The translations under genes were made by a program, and so were the position numbers. A DNA stretch of 64,000 bases from Bdellovibrionales bacterium. GTDB taxonomy: Bacteria > Bdellovibrionota > Bdellovibrionia > Bdellovibrionales > DASUEL01. The notes beneath the pieces were generated by a model, which was not told the DNA's origin, did no database searches, and saw nothing but the letters and a program-made list of their open reading frames with translations. Location of the stretch: positions 1-64,000 of the forward strand of contig JBFWOZ010000014.1 in the NCBI GenBank assembly GCA_050250255.1, given 5' to 3'. Below are positions 18,492-28,275 of this stretch, in pieces. How positions within the stretch are numbered: the stretch's first letter is position 1; every line of letters starts with the position of its first letter.

Positions 18492-19886
18492 TCAGTGACC
18501 CGTACCGTTCAGTGAATTCACTAAGCCCTCACAAACACCTTTTGCATCACCAAAGACGAGCGAGCAATTGTCGTAATAAAAAAGTGAATTATCAACACCG
18601 GCGTAACCGGCTTTCATCGAACGCTTTATGACGAACACTTGTTTGGCTTTGTAAGCATCTAAAATAGGCATTCCAAAAAGTGGGCTTTGTTTATTGGTTT
18701 TCGCATCAGGATTTACAATATCGTTCGCACCAATAACAAGTGCGACATCACAGGAAGAAAATTCTCCGTTGATTTCATCGAGTTCAAATACGCAGTCGTA
18801 AGGAATATCCGCTTCCGCAAGAAGCACATTCATATGGCCTGGCATTCGACCTGCCACTGGGTGGATCGCAAATTTTACTTCAATGCCTTTGCCTTGTAGC
18901 GTTTTGAAAAGTTCTTTTACCGAATGCTGAGCTTGCGCGACCGCCATCCCGTAACCAGGAATAATGATCACCGAAGAACAATTCTCTAACATAAAAGCGG
19001 CATCATCGACGCCCGATGAACGCACTTTCTTTTGTGGACCATCGGCTGCAGCCACTGTCGCTTCCGCGCCAAATCCACCGAGAATCACGCTGATGAAAGA
19101 GCGATTCATTGCCTTACACATAATGTAAGAGAGAATCGCGCCGCTACTTCCGACAAGTGCTCCCGTTGCGATCAACAAATGATTATGTAGCGTAAAACCC
19201 GTCGCACTCGCTGCCCAACCCGAATAAGAATTAAGCATCGAGACCACGACCGGCATATCGGCACCGCCAATAGGAATCACGATGAGAACTCCTAAGAGAA
19301 ACGACAGGCCCGTTAAAATAAGAAGCAAATCTAGTCTAGGATCTTGAGTGGTATAAAAACAAAGTCCTAAACAGATCAAAATCAGACAGAGATTTAATAA
19401 ATGCTGTCCCTTGAAAACCACAGGGTTAGAAGACAGTGATCCTTGCAACTTCCCGTAGGCAATCACTGAACCCGTAAACGTGATAGCGCCGATCAAAATT
19501 CCAAGACTAATTTCAATAATCAAAACTGCGTCCAGCGAATTTTCTGACTGGTGCATAAGAAAAGTACCAAGTCCTACCGCCACCGCCGAAAGGCCCACAA
19601 AACTATGTAAGATAGCCACAAGTTGCGGCATGTTGGTCATTTCAATTCTTAGCGCTAAGAGAGCCCCGATGAGAAGACCGCCGCCTAATCCTGCAATGAT
19701 CCAAGTATAATTTTTAACTTCAGGATTAAAAAGTGTGATGGCAATTGCAATTCCCATTCCGAGCATCGCTAAAAAATTACCCTGAAGAGCTGTACGAGGA
19801 GAACTTAGGCCTTTAAGGCCAAAAATAAAAAGCACCGTTGCCACAAGATAGATCAGGGATGAGACGTCGGCCGACGGCGTAAACAT
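18492..19886 (-). CDS. pntB: NAD(P) transhydrogenase subunit beta
   Basis: MPQLVA..HS.VG, IGGADMPVVVSMLNSYSG, PGYGMAVAQAQ and HPVAGRMPGHMNVLLAEA motifs. Confidence 0.97.
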   Translation of the reverse strand: MFTPSADVSSLIYLVATVLFIFGLKGLSSPRTALQGNFLAMLGMGIAIAITLFNPEVKNYTWIIAGLGGGLLIGALLALRIEMTNMPQLVAILHSFVGLSAVAVGLGTFLMHQSENSLDAVLIIEISLGILIGAITFTGSVIAYGKLQGSLSSNPVVFKGQHLLNLCLILICLGLCFYTTQDPRLDLLLILTGLSFLLGVLIVIPIGGADMPVVVSMLNSYSGWAASATGFTLHNHLLIATGALVGSSGAILSYIMCKAMNRSFISVILGGFGAEATVAAADGPQKKVRSSGVDDAAFMLENCSSVIIIPGYGMAVAQAQHSVKELFKTLQGKGIEVKFAIHPVAGRMPGHMNVLLAEADIPYDCVFELDEINGEFSSCDVALVIGANDIVNPDAKTNKQSPLFGMPILDAYKAKQVFVIKRSMKAGYAGVDNSLFYYDNCSLVFGDAKGVCEGLVNSLNGTGH

Positions 19887-20186
19887 TTATTTGTCCTTCT
19901 TCTTAAACATAGCAAGCATTCGGTTCGTCACAATAAATCCACCGAAAATATTAATCGCAGCGAGAAGCACGGCCACAAATCCTAAAGCAGAAATCAACTC
20001 CTGACCTTCTCCGGTAGAAGCTTGAAAACCTGCTACGAGCATTCCACCTACCACCACAATCGCGCTAATCGCATTAGTGACGGCCATCAGAGGTGTATGT
20101 AATGCAGGGGTCACGCCCCACACCACATGATAACCTACAAAACAAGAGAGAACGAATACGTAAAGGCCCACCATCGTCTCAGACAT
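19887..20186 (-). CDS. pntA2: NAD(P) transhydrogenase subunit alpha, part 2 (membrane)
   Basis: [17 protein letters not shown] and [14 protein letters not shown] motifs; AGGAGG RBS. Confidence 0.95.
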   Translation of the reverse strand: MSETMVGLYVFVLSCFVGYHVVWGVTPALHTPLMAVTNAISAIVVVGGMLVAGFQASTGEGQELISALGFVAVLLAAINIFGGFIVTNRMLAMFKKKDK

Positions 20187-21298
20187 TAAGCCCCTCCTTG
20201 AAAACGAACCGTTCCTGCATGAGTCATGCAAGCGGCCGCGAGAATATCGTCTTCGAAATTTATTTTAATTTTCTTTCCTTTCTCATCGATCATTAAAGCG
20301 AGAAGGGAAACCAAGTTCTGCGAATAAAAAAGACTCGCATCGTAAGGAACTAAGCCTGGATAATTTGTTTTACCAATAATGGTCACACCAAACTTAACGA
20401 CAACTTTTTCTTCTTCCGTCAGGGCACAGTTGCCGCCATTCGCGGCGGCCAAATCCACAATGACCGAACCGTGCCGCATACCTTTCACGGCTTCTTCAGA
20501 AACTAGCACGGGGGATTTTCTCCCTGGCACATTCGCGGTCGTGATCACCACATCAAATTTTTTGATTTTTTCCGTGAGCGCTTGCTGTTGCTGTTTTTTT
20601 GCTTCTTCCGAGAGTTCTTTTGCGTAACCTGCAACCCCTTCGCTCTGAGTTCCTAAATCTAAAAACTTTGCGCCAAGAGATTGAATCTGCTCCTTCACTT
20701 CGGGGCGTAAATCAAAAGCCTCAACACTTCCACCTAAACGTTTAGCTGTCGCAATTGCTTGAAGCCCGGCAACGCCAGCTCCGAGAACGAGAACTTTGGC
20801 CTGTTTGGCAAGCCCTGCCGAAGTCATCATCATCGGAAGAAACCGAGGATAATACTGAGTGGCTTCTAAAACGGCGCGATAACCTGCAATATTGGCCTGC
20901 GAGGACAGCACATCCATGCTTTGCGCTCGTGAGGTTCGCGGAATCATTTCGACCGAAAAAGCACTCACTTGCGCTTGTGCTAAGCTTTTTAAAAGTTCTG
21001 GTGATTGATGAGGCCTCAGGTGAGAAAGCAAAATAGAAGATTTTTTTAATAAAGAAACATCGTCTTTTTGTGGCGGATGAATTTGAAAAATCACATCACT
21101 CTGGAAAATATTTTGTCGACTTGTGAGCTCTGCCCCGTCTGCCTTTAAGATTTCGTCGGTAAAACCCGCCTGTTGGCCCGCACCTTTTTCTACCCTGACC
21201 AGACAGCCCATTTTCACGAGCTTTTTAATAGCTCCAGAAGAAATTGCGACTCGCGTCTCAGGGGAATGCTCTTGAGGAATACCAACCGTGATAGACAT
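20186..21298 (-). CDS. pntA1: NAD(P) transhydrogenase subunit alpha, part 1 (NAD-binding domain I)
   Basis: [39 protein letters not shown] and GGNC motifs. Confidence 0.95.
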   Translation of the reverse strand: MSITVGIPQEHSPETRVAISSGAIKKLVKMGCLVRVEKGAGQQAGFTDEILKADGAELTSRQNIFQSDVIFQIHPPQKDDVSLLKKSSILLSHLRPHQSPELLKSLAQAQVSAFSVEMIPRTSRAQSMDVLSSQANIAGYRAVLEATQYYPRFLPMMMTSAGLAKQAKVLVLGAGVAGLQAIATAKRLGGSVEAFDLRPEVKEQIQSLGAKFLDLGTQSEGVAGYAKELSEEAKKQQQQALTEKIKKFDVVITTANVPGRKSPVLVSEEAVKGMRHGSVIVDLAAANGGNCALTEEEKVVVKFGVTIIGKTNYPGLVPYDASLFYSQNLVSLLALMIDEKGKKIKINFEDDILAAACMTHAGTVRFQGGA

Positions 21299-21390
21299 GC
21301 AGAAAGTGTGAGAGATTTTCCAGACCTTGTCTATTGAAAATTTGCTGGCAAAAACTTGTCAATTTTTAGTGACGCGCCTATATTTAAAAG

Positions 21391-22143
21391 ATGCTGAGTT
21401 TCTACAATCTTTCAGGCGGTCTTCCCTATCATTTTAAGGCTCTGCGATATTCGCATAGTTTGTGGTACAACTTTCGCTACCAATTAAAAGATTGGCTCAA
21501 TGATTGGCGCCCACAGGCAGATCAGCTGATTTTAGTGGGCCCGAGTGCTGGCTACTTTCTTCCCGACACTTTTTTAAGCCAATTTCGCGAAATCATAGTT
21601 CTTGACCCCGATCCCACAGCACGGATTCTTTTTAAATATCAACATCCCGCTATTTCTATTAAAGAGTGGATTCACGAAGATCTTCTTTGTCATTGGAAAA
21701 ACGGAGTCTGTGATTGGGAGCCTTTTGCAAAAACCCTCGAACGTTTTCCGCACGCGGCGATTTTGTTTTGTAACGTACTCGGGCAAATGCCCCTGATTTA
21801 CAAAGACAAAATAAAAAAACACGAAACGGCTTTTAGTCAGTGGCAAAAGAAAATTGTAGAGACTTTAAAACACCGTGAGTTTGCAAGCTTTCATGATCTC
21901 TATTCGGGAAAGAAAAAGTTTTTATTGCCTCAACCAGGCGCTTTGATTCCACCCCAACAACAAGCTCGGTTTTATTTTAACGAAAAAGATTCGCTTTTAA
22001 AAAAGGAAGAGACGTTTTCTCTTACAGATCATCTGACCCAAGGTTTGTTCACGCATTTACCTAGACGTTACTTCGTCTGGAGCATTACCCCTAAGCAACA
22101 CCATCTCATCGAGTGCGTGCAACAAGAACATTCAAAACCTTAA
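21391..22143 (+). CDS. Hypothetical protein, possibly with a SAM-methyltransferase-like Rossmann fold
   Basis: 250-aa ORF. LILVGPSAG...IIVLDPD pattern resembles MTase motifs I/II (inference). Confidence 0.6.
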   Translation: MLSFYNLSGGLPYHFKALRYSHSLWYNFRYQLKDWLNDWRPQADQLILVGPSAGYFLPDTFLSQFREIIVLDPDPTARILFKYQHPAISIKEWIHEDLLCHWKNGVCDWEPFAKTLERFPHAAILFCNVLGQMPLIYKDKIKKHETAFSQWQKKIVETLKHREFASFHDLYSGKKKFLLPQPGALIPPQQQARFYFNEKDSLLKKEETFSLTDHLTQGLFTHLPRRYFVWSITPKQHHLIECVQQEHSKP

Positions 22144-22147
22144 GAAA

Positions 22148-23425
22148 CTATCGTTCTAAAATTGCGGTTACGCCCATGCCGCCGCCGGTACAGATGGAGA
22201 TGAGTACACGACCCTTACCATTTTCTTTTAAAATTTTCGCTGCCGTTGCGAGAATGCGAGCGCCAGTAGCTCCGAATGGATGCCCAAGAGCTACACTTCC
22301 ACCAACCACATTTATTTTTTTACGATCGATCGAGCCGAGAGCTCCACGAAGATTCAAACGCTCTCGACAAAATGTTTCGGACTCCCATGCTTTTAATGTG
22401 CAGAGCACTTGCGCCGCAAAGGCTTCATGGATTTCGTAAAAATCAAAATCCTGCAATTTCAAATCGTTGCGTGCGAGAAGGCGCGCGACCGCGTAAGCCG
22501 GTGCCATGAGCAACCCCTCTTTTGTAAAGTCGACCGCTGAGACTTCCGCATCGACAAGACGAGCGTGAATTTCCAAACCTTGTTTTTTCGCCCACTCTTC
22601 GCTGGATAAAAGTGCGCAAGAAGCTCCGTCGGTTAAAGGGCTGCTGTTTCCTGCCGTCAGTGTCCCCTTCGCCGATCTTTCAAAAGCGGGTTTTAATTTT
22701 GCGAGTTTTTCACGGCTTGTATCTGCACGCACGTTGTTGTCTTTATCGAGGCCTGCATGAGTAATCATAAGATCTTTATGAAAACCTCGTTCGTAAGCCT
22801 TCACACTATTTTGATGACTGTGATATGCCAGATCATCCTGTTCTTCTCTGGAGATCTTCCATTCTTGAGCCATGAGTTCACAGCTTTGTCCCATGCTTAA
22901 ACCCGTTTTGGATTCGGTGACCGCGGGATAACCAGGTTTTAATTCTTTCAAAGAAAATCCGCTGAAGGCTTTGATTTGATCTAACATACCTTTGGCTTTT
23001 GCTAATTTTAAAATCCTTTGTGCGAACTTTGGCTGATAAAATACAGGTACGTCACTCATGGAGTCTACTCCACCCGCAATTCCCGAATCTATTTGCCCTA
23101 ACGCAATTTTATTTCCAATGGCGATCGCCGCCTCAAGACCTGTCCCACAAGCACGCATGATCCCCATAGCTGGAGTGTTCATAGGTAGGCCACAAGCCAT
23201 TACCGCTTCACGTGCTAGGTTCCAATCTCGGGATTGGTTAATGACGGCACCAAGAGCCACATCACCGATCGCTCTATTCTCATTTGTTAATTGAAATTTT
23301 TGCGTGAGACCTTTGAGAGCTGCGGTCATCAACGTGAGGTTTGTTTCTTTCGCGAAGTTGGTACCGGCTCGTGCAAAAGGTGTTCTGATGCCGCCAAGGA
23401 CTACGGCAGGGCGATGAAGTTTCAT
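22148..23425 (-). CDS. Acetyl-CoA C-acyltransferase (thiolase, FadI-like)
   Basis: RTPF, RACGTG (catalytic Cys), NSSPLTDGA, EIHEAFA, GHPFGATG and CTGGG motifs. Confidence 0.93.
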   Translation of the reverse strand: MKLHRPAVVLGGIRTPFARAGTNFAKETNLTLMTAALKGLTQKFQLTNENRAIGDVALGAVINQSRDWNLAREAVMACGLPMNTPAMGIMRACGTGLEAAIAIGNKIALGQIDSGIAGGVDSMSDVPVFYQPKFAQRILKLAKAKGMLDQIKAFSGFSLKELKPGYPAVTESKTGLSMGQSCELMAQEWKISREEQDDLAYHSHQNSVKAYERGFHKDLMITHAGLDKDNNVRADTSREKLAKLKPAFERSAKGTLTAGNSSPLTDGASCALLSSEEWAKKQGLEIHARLVDAEVSAVDFTKEGLLMAPAYAVARLLARNDLKLQDFDFYEIHEAFAAQVLCTLKAWESETFCRERLNLRGALGSIDRKKINVVGGSVALGHPFGATGARILATAAKILKENGKGRVLISICTGGGMGVTAILER

Positions 23426-23526
23426 GGGTGTCTCCTTCTATAGTGATTCTCTCTTACAAATCATAACATCGACATCTAACTTGCCAAGTTCTTTCTCTGA
23501 CTCATCACGAGTCGCTGCGACAAAAC

Positions 23527-23544
23527 TTGGTATAGCGTTCGCAT
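23527..23544 (+). promoter_or_regulatory. Candidate sigma54 promoter for the 594-aa secreted protein
   Basis: TTGGTATAGCGTTCGCAT has GG-N10-GC spacing. Confidence 0.45.
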
Positions 23545-23687
23545 AAGCACTTCGTTCAATGAGCTAACTTTTAACTTTACCGCCTAAGGCTTGAATAAAT
23601 GCCATTTGAAGAAGAGGTTCGAGACAGTCTTGCTGCCTAGACCTCATTCAAGTGCGAATTATTTTCTCTATGATGTGAGGATGGAAA

Positions 23688-25472
23688 ATGAATTCAAAAC
23701 GACTACGAACATGGCTTTTCACTCTATTGGCAACCCTCCTTCTTCTTGGATCCACCGTAGAACAAGCTCAAGCTTACGACATCGACACGCATTTTTATGC
23801 GACTTATGCCATGGCTCGTTATGCAGGTATTAATCACGCTGTTGCTTCGCGAATTGCTCTGGGTGGCGAATGGTTTGATGAACACATTGTCTCATCACCC
23901 ATGATTCCCACCGTCTTTATCGGGACAAAAATCAGAAAATGTGCGCACTTCGCAGGGTACTCTAAAGCAGCTGACATGGCCTCATACCAGCTTTGGGGAT
24001 TGAATGGCGTCACAAAGACTATCGCCATGCACGACTTTTCCACGGAAATGCTCACTCGCGGATTAAAAGAAGGAGATTTTTTTAAGGCCGTCCAAAGTTT
24101 TCATACCATGCAAGATTCTTTCGCCCATACCGGTACAACCGCTCTAGCTGGGCACTCTTACGGTGGCCATTGGCCCGATCGCCCCTTCTGGCGAAATTAT
24201 AATTTCTATGGACGAATGGTACACGCTTCTTTTCAAATGCTCGTTGCAATTCGTGGTCTTCTTCCTCGTGAAGCTCTTGATCTTGAGTTACGCCCCACTC
24301 CCCAGCTGTCACAACGTCGTAATTATCTGCTGAGTGCCGACGAACTTTCTCAGACTTACTTAGGACTTCCTGAAGTCCAGCACTTCGCAACAACAAATGT
24401 TCTCACACACCCAGACTACGTGAAATTCGCGGTCGAATTTCTGGTCCGCAAGGCTGAAGAATCTCATTATTTCAATCCTCAGGAAAATCTTGAAAGCTGG
24501 CTCATCGATACAGAAAAATCAGGAGAATACCGCAAAGGTCTCACCGGCCAACAAGTTCTCGAACGTCTCATGAGTCGAATGGTCCTCTGGGAGACACAAG
24601 TCAATAAAGATACAGACACTTCGGAGCGCTGTACGAGTGGCCGACGCATTCTTCAGCGCCAGGTCATTTCACAAAATGTGGGGATTCGACTCTGTGACCA
24701 TGTTTGGTTACGACAGCACGGTGGCAGTGCAAAAGTCATTAGCGAACTCGTAGGCTACTTAACTCAAGGTTACTTACCTGTACTTCCAAATCCTGAAACC
24801 TCTCTCGTGGAAGTAGAAGATGAGGGTCCCATCCGTCAAAAAGAGATGGAAATTCGTATTGGTAATGTGAAAAATCTTATTTTTAAATTTTATGGTGTAA
24901 ATATTGATTTTAAAGAAAATAAGAGTATTTGGAAACAAGCTAAGTCTATTTTCGCTCGTGACCCACAAGTGAAACCCACACTTGCAGAAGCGATCAATCG
25001 ATCTCTTGTTTCAAATGCCATCGCGAAAGAAGTTTTTGGAGACGTAAAATTCAATTCCTCTACGAGTACTGTCGAGATTGGTCCTAGTGATCAAGACCAA
25101 GATCGTTTCGCGGTCATGATGAGGAAGGTGTTCTTTCCTAATCTTGCTAAAGAGCGCACATGGGGAGAACAGTTTTCTCCACTGTGGAAACCTAACTGGG
25201 GCACTCTTGTTGGTGGCCAAGTCCTCTACGGAGTTTTCCTAGAATATCTTGCTAAGGCAAGACTAGATCTTCTCACACATAACGTCGTACCCGGCCCTGA
25301 AAACACCTATTACCGCGATCTGCCCACGTATGAACAGTACGTGAAAGAGAATAAATTTAAAAAACTTCTCTCTGTAGAATCGGTAAAAAGAATGACGGTG
25401 GGGTCAGGACAAGAACGTCGCTCTGGTGGAATTCTTTACGAATCTTACGAACCAAACTCACTCGTAAGGTAA
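23688..25472 (+). CDS. Secreted protein with an N-terminal DUF6765-like (Zn-dependent phospholipase C/P1-nuclease-like) domain
   Basis: Signal peptide ending AQA, mature start YDIDTHFY; 'HF' and 'HTMQDSFAH' motifs; 'GH...GHWPDRP'. Confidence 0.65.
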   Translation: MNSKRLRTWLFTLLATLLLLGSTVEQAQAYDIDTHFYATYAMARYAGINHAVASRIALGGEWFDEHIVSSPMIPTVFIGTKIRKCAHFAGYSKAADMASYQLWGLNGVTKTIAMHDFSTEMLTRGLKEGDFFKAVQSFHTMQDSFAHTGTTALAGHSYGGHWPDRPFWRNYNFYGRMVHASFQMLVAIRGLLPREALDLELRPTPQLSQRRNYLLSADELSQTYLGLPEVQHFATTNVLTHPDYVKFAVEFLVRKAEESHYFNPQENLESWLIDTEKSGEYRKGLTGQQVLERLMSRMVLWETQVNKDTDTSERCTSGRRILQRQVISQNVGIRLCDHVWLRQHGGSAKVISELVGYLTQGYLPVLPNPETSLVEVEDEGPIRQKEMEIRIGNVKNLIFKFYGVNIDFKENKSIWKQAKSIFARDPQVKPTLAEAINRSLVSNAIAKEVFGDVKFNSSTSTVEIGPSDQDQDRFAVMMRKVFFPNLAKERTWGEQFSPLWKPNWGTLVGGQVLYGVFLEYLAKARLDLLTHNVVPGPENTYYRDLPTYEQYVKENKFKKLLSVESVKRMTVGSGQERRSGGILYESYEPNSLVR

Positions 25473-25480
25473 CCAAAATA

Positions 25481-25508
25481 AAAAAGGAGAGGTAATCCTC
25501 TCCTTTTT
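25481..25508. terminator. Bidirectional intrinsic terminator
   Basis: AAAAAGGAGAGG-TAAT-CCTCTCCTTTTT between convergent genes. Confidence 0.85.
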
Positions 25509-25534
25509 CTCATCCATCACTTTTCAGTGATAAA

Positions 25535-25888
25535 TTAGCTCAAGTGTTTTGAAACGTACTTTGTCATTTCAAACATGTTCAAAGAACCTTTGCCGCCGAA
25601 TACTGGCTTAAGCTTAGCATCCGCATGAATTGTTCTTCTGTTTTTAGAATCTTGGAGATTATTCTTGCGAATATATGCCCAAAGTTTCTTAACCACTTCT
25701 GTGCGTGGAAGAGGTTTCGCACCAACGATTTCAGCAAGAGCTGCGCTGGGAGTAAGGGGTCTCATGAAAGCCGCGCTTGGCTTTCTTTTTGACTTACCAG
25801 CAGCTTTTTTAGTCGCCTTAGGTGCGGCTTTTTTAGTTGCTTTTTTCTTAGTTGCCTTCTTCTTAGTGGCCTTTTTCTTAGTTGCCAT
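25535..25888 (-). CDS. SWIB/MDM2-domain protein with a Lys/Ala-rich N-terminal tail
   Basis: GGAGG RBS; (ATKKK)n repeat; SWIB signature 'PSAALAEIVG...RTEVVKKLWAYIRKNNLQD.KNRR.I.AD.KL'. Confidence 0.9.
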   Translation of the reverse strand: MATKKKATKKKATKKKATKKAAPKATKKAAGKSKRKPSAAFMRPLTPSAALAEIVGAKPLPRTEVVKKLWAYIRKNNLQDSKNRRTIHADAKLKPVFGGKGSLNMFEMTKYVSKHLS

Positions 25889-26316
25889 CCGTATATACCT
25901 CCATGAGTTTGGTTGGAATAGCTTGTGTAGAAACAGCATATCTATTTGAACAGCGTTGTCCAAAAAAAAATTCACTATTTTCAAAAATAATTCACTTTTT
26001 AAGGCAAAAAAGGGTTTTTCCCTCGAGATTCTGGTGTTTTCCCTCGGAGAAGCTTAAAAATTCCACCCTTCATGCCCATTTTCCCTAGAGGATTACCTCA
26101 AAACGGTACCTCAAACCTTAAACGCCAAACCCCCAACCTCCAACCTCTCCTTCTTTTCCCCTCGGCATTTTCTGCCTTTTTCCCTTAGAAATAGAGAAAA
26201 CAGCGGCTTTTTTTATAGAAACTTAAGTCCAATTCTCTGTCTTAAACCGATTTTTTCCCTCTTAAAACAGACCTTTTTACCCTGTTTCTCCTCTCAAATC
26301 GCACCGAAAAGTAATT

Positions 26317-26841
26317 ATGTCACAGACGAAAAACTCTCTCAAATCCGCCCCCTTCTTAAGTTTCAGGGATTTGTTAAAGGCTCAGCTTGAGGAAGAGTCG
26401 TCGGCTCCTGCTCCAGAATTTACCCTTGGTGTTTCCTACTCTTGGTCAACACAAAGACTCGAAATGCAGTTTCCTCCTCGAAGCTCGTCGGATAGCCTCT
26501 ATGAAAGAATCAAAGAACAACAGCGCGTCGAACTTCAGCAAAAACGAGAACAAGCTCTCCAAAGGAAGAAAGAACAAATCCGGCAAGAGCGACTTTCTCT
26601 TTCTCTAGAACTTCGCGAAGCCTTTGAGTTTTTTGATTCCTACCGCACCGAAGCTCTCACTCTTTGCATCAACGAGCAGCAGCTCAAACGAGAATATCGT
26701 AAGATCGCGGTCCTCATTCATCCAGATCGTTTTCAAAATTTAAAAGAGAAAAACCGTGCTCATGGACAATTTCTTAAGCTTCAACAGGCCTACGAAACAC
26801 TTCTAACGTTGATCGGGAGCAAGGACAGCCCACTCCTCTGA
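26317..26841 (+). CDS. Protein with a C-terminal J-domain
   Basis: 'LKREYRKIAVLIHPDRF...FLKLQQAYETL', preceded by a coiled-coil-like Q/E/K/R-rich segment. Confidence 0.8.
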   Translation: MSQTKNSLKSAPFLSFRDLLKAQLEEESSAPAPEFTLGVSYSWSTQRLEMQFPPRSSSDSLYERIKEQQRVELQQKREQALQRKKEQIRQERLSLSLELREAFEFFDSYRTEALTLCINEQQLKREYRKIAVLIHPDRFQNLKEKNRAHGQFLKLQQAYETLLTLIGSKDSPLL

Positions 26842-27108
26842 AGAATAGAGTTTTTGGGAGAAAGCGTGAACCACACCTTGAAGTTCTTCCTGAAGAACCT
26901 CGTTCACGAGACGCTGACGAGCCAGAGGCTTTAAGCCTTTAAATTTCTCGCTCACCATTCGGAGGTTAAAATGAGACTCAGCAAACTCACCCTCTTTAGG
27001 GCCATGATAATGTCCGCGATGATGATGACTCTCGTTGGTCAATTCTAGAAAAAGGGGCTGAAAGGCCTTCTCAAGCTTCTCTTGAATTCGTTTCTGCATG
27101 GGTCCCAC
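26803..27108 (-). CDS. bolA: BolA family protein
   Basis: L.NESHHH, ESHF...VSEKF.G...ARQRLVN and VHA motifs; GAGGAG RBS before GTG. Confidence 0.9.
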   Translation of the reverse strand: MGPMQKRIQEKLEKAFQPLFLELTNESHHHRGHYHGPKEGEFAESHFNLRMVSEKFKGLKPLARQRLVNEVLQEELQGVVHAFSQKLYSSEEWAVLAPDQR

Positions 27109-27162
27109 AAGTTTCTCCTCTTACTCTTGGAGTTTCCGCATATTCTCAGATATAAGGCGTCC

Positions 27163-28275
27163 ATGTCCAGCCATCTTACTCTTTTGACCGCCAAACAAAC
27201 TCTTAAGGCTTTGCACGAGAATCCTTCTCAATACGCTTTTATTGATGTGCGCTCAGAAGGAGAATTTGAGGAAGGTGGTTTTCCTCGCTTTCAAAACATT
27301 CCTCTCCTCAACAACCAAGAGCGGCACCTTGTAGGGTTAGAATACAAACAGCGTGGCCGTGAAATGGCCATCGAATTAGGGCATCAGCTTGTCGACCCAG
27401 ATCAAAATTCCCGCATTTCAAAATGGAAAGACGCCATCACTCTTTCAGAAAAAAAGGAAGGCATCTTTTGCTGTTGGCGTGGCGGTTTACGCTCAAAGAT
27501 TTCGGCTCAGTGGGCTCGTGAAGCCGGCGAGAAAGTGCAACAAGTTCAAGGGGGCTATAAAGCTTTACGTCGAGAAATCTTATCAGTGTTTGAAGATCCC
27601 CCTGACCTCTTGATCTTAGCCGGTTGGACCGGAAGTGGAAAAACCAAGCTCCTTCACCAACTTAAAACGCCACTTCTAGATATAGAAAAACTCGCAAAAC
27701 ATCGCGGCAGCTGTTTCGGACAAGAGATCACTCAAAACGGTTACGCCATACAACCCAGGCAACAAAGCTTTGAAAATTTATTGGGTCTGGGACTCTATGA
27801 TCGCACCAAAACTTATCTCCTTGAAGACGAAAGTACTCGCATCGGCTCTCTTCATATCCCGGTACAACTAAAAGCTAAGATGAAAATTTCTCCCGTCATC
27901 TTACTAACCGCAAACGTTGAAACACGTGCAAGACATATTTTTGAAGAATACATTCAAGAGCCTACCCAAAATGGAGTTGCCCCTCTCCAGGTGCAAGAAC
28001 ATTTCATCAAAAATTTGGAATTCCTTCATCGCAAGATGGGCGGACTTGCCTACCAAGATTTAAAAGACAAAATGCTGAGAGCATTTCAAAGCGGTTTTGG
28101 TTTTCGTGAACACGAAGAGTGGATCAGTGAGCTCCTCACAAAACATTATGATCCTTCTTACGAACATGCCCTCAAGCGTAACAATCGTCCGGTGGTATTT
28201 GAAGGCGACTTTAAGGCCTGCGCCGAATGGATCACTCAGAACTGCAACTCGAGCTCGGCCTGCATTCCAAAGTGA
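27163..28275 (+). CDS. selU: tRNA 2-selenouridine synthase (MnmH/SelU)
   Basis: Rhodanese domain IDVRS..EF, CWRGGLRS, GGYKA.R, P-loop G.TGSGKT, HRGS.FG, EDES.RIG and YDP.Y. Confidence 0.9.
   Translation: MSSHLTLLTAKQTLKALHENPSQYAFIDVRSEGEFEEGGFPRFQNIPLLNNQERHLVGLEYKQRGREMAIELGHQLVDPDQNSRISKWKDAITLSEKKEGIFCCWRGGLRSKISAQWAREAGEKVQQVQGGYKALRREILSVFEDPPDLLILAGWTGSGKTKLLHQLKTPLLDIEKLAKHRGSCFGQEITQNGYAIQPRQQSFENLLGLGLYDRTKTYLLEDESTRIGSLHIPVQLKAKMKISPVILLTANVETRARHIFEEYIQEPTQNGVAPLQVQEHFIKNLEFLHRKMGGLAYQDLKDKMLRAFQSGFGFREHEEWISELLTKHYDPSYEHALKRNNRPVVFEGDFKACAEWITQNCNSSSACIPK

Noticed and set aside
25830..25885. 15-nt tandem repeats as a CRISPR array or VNTR
   Set aside because: They are coding ATKKK repeats with synonymous variation and no spacers.
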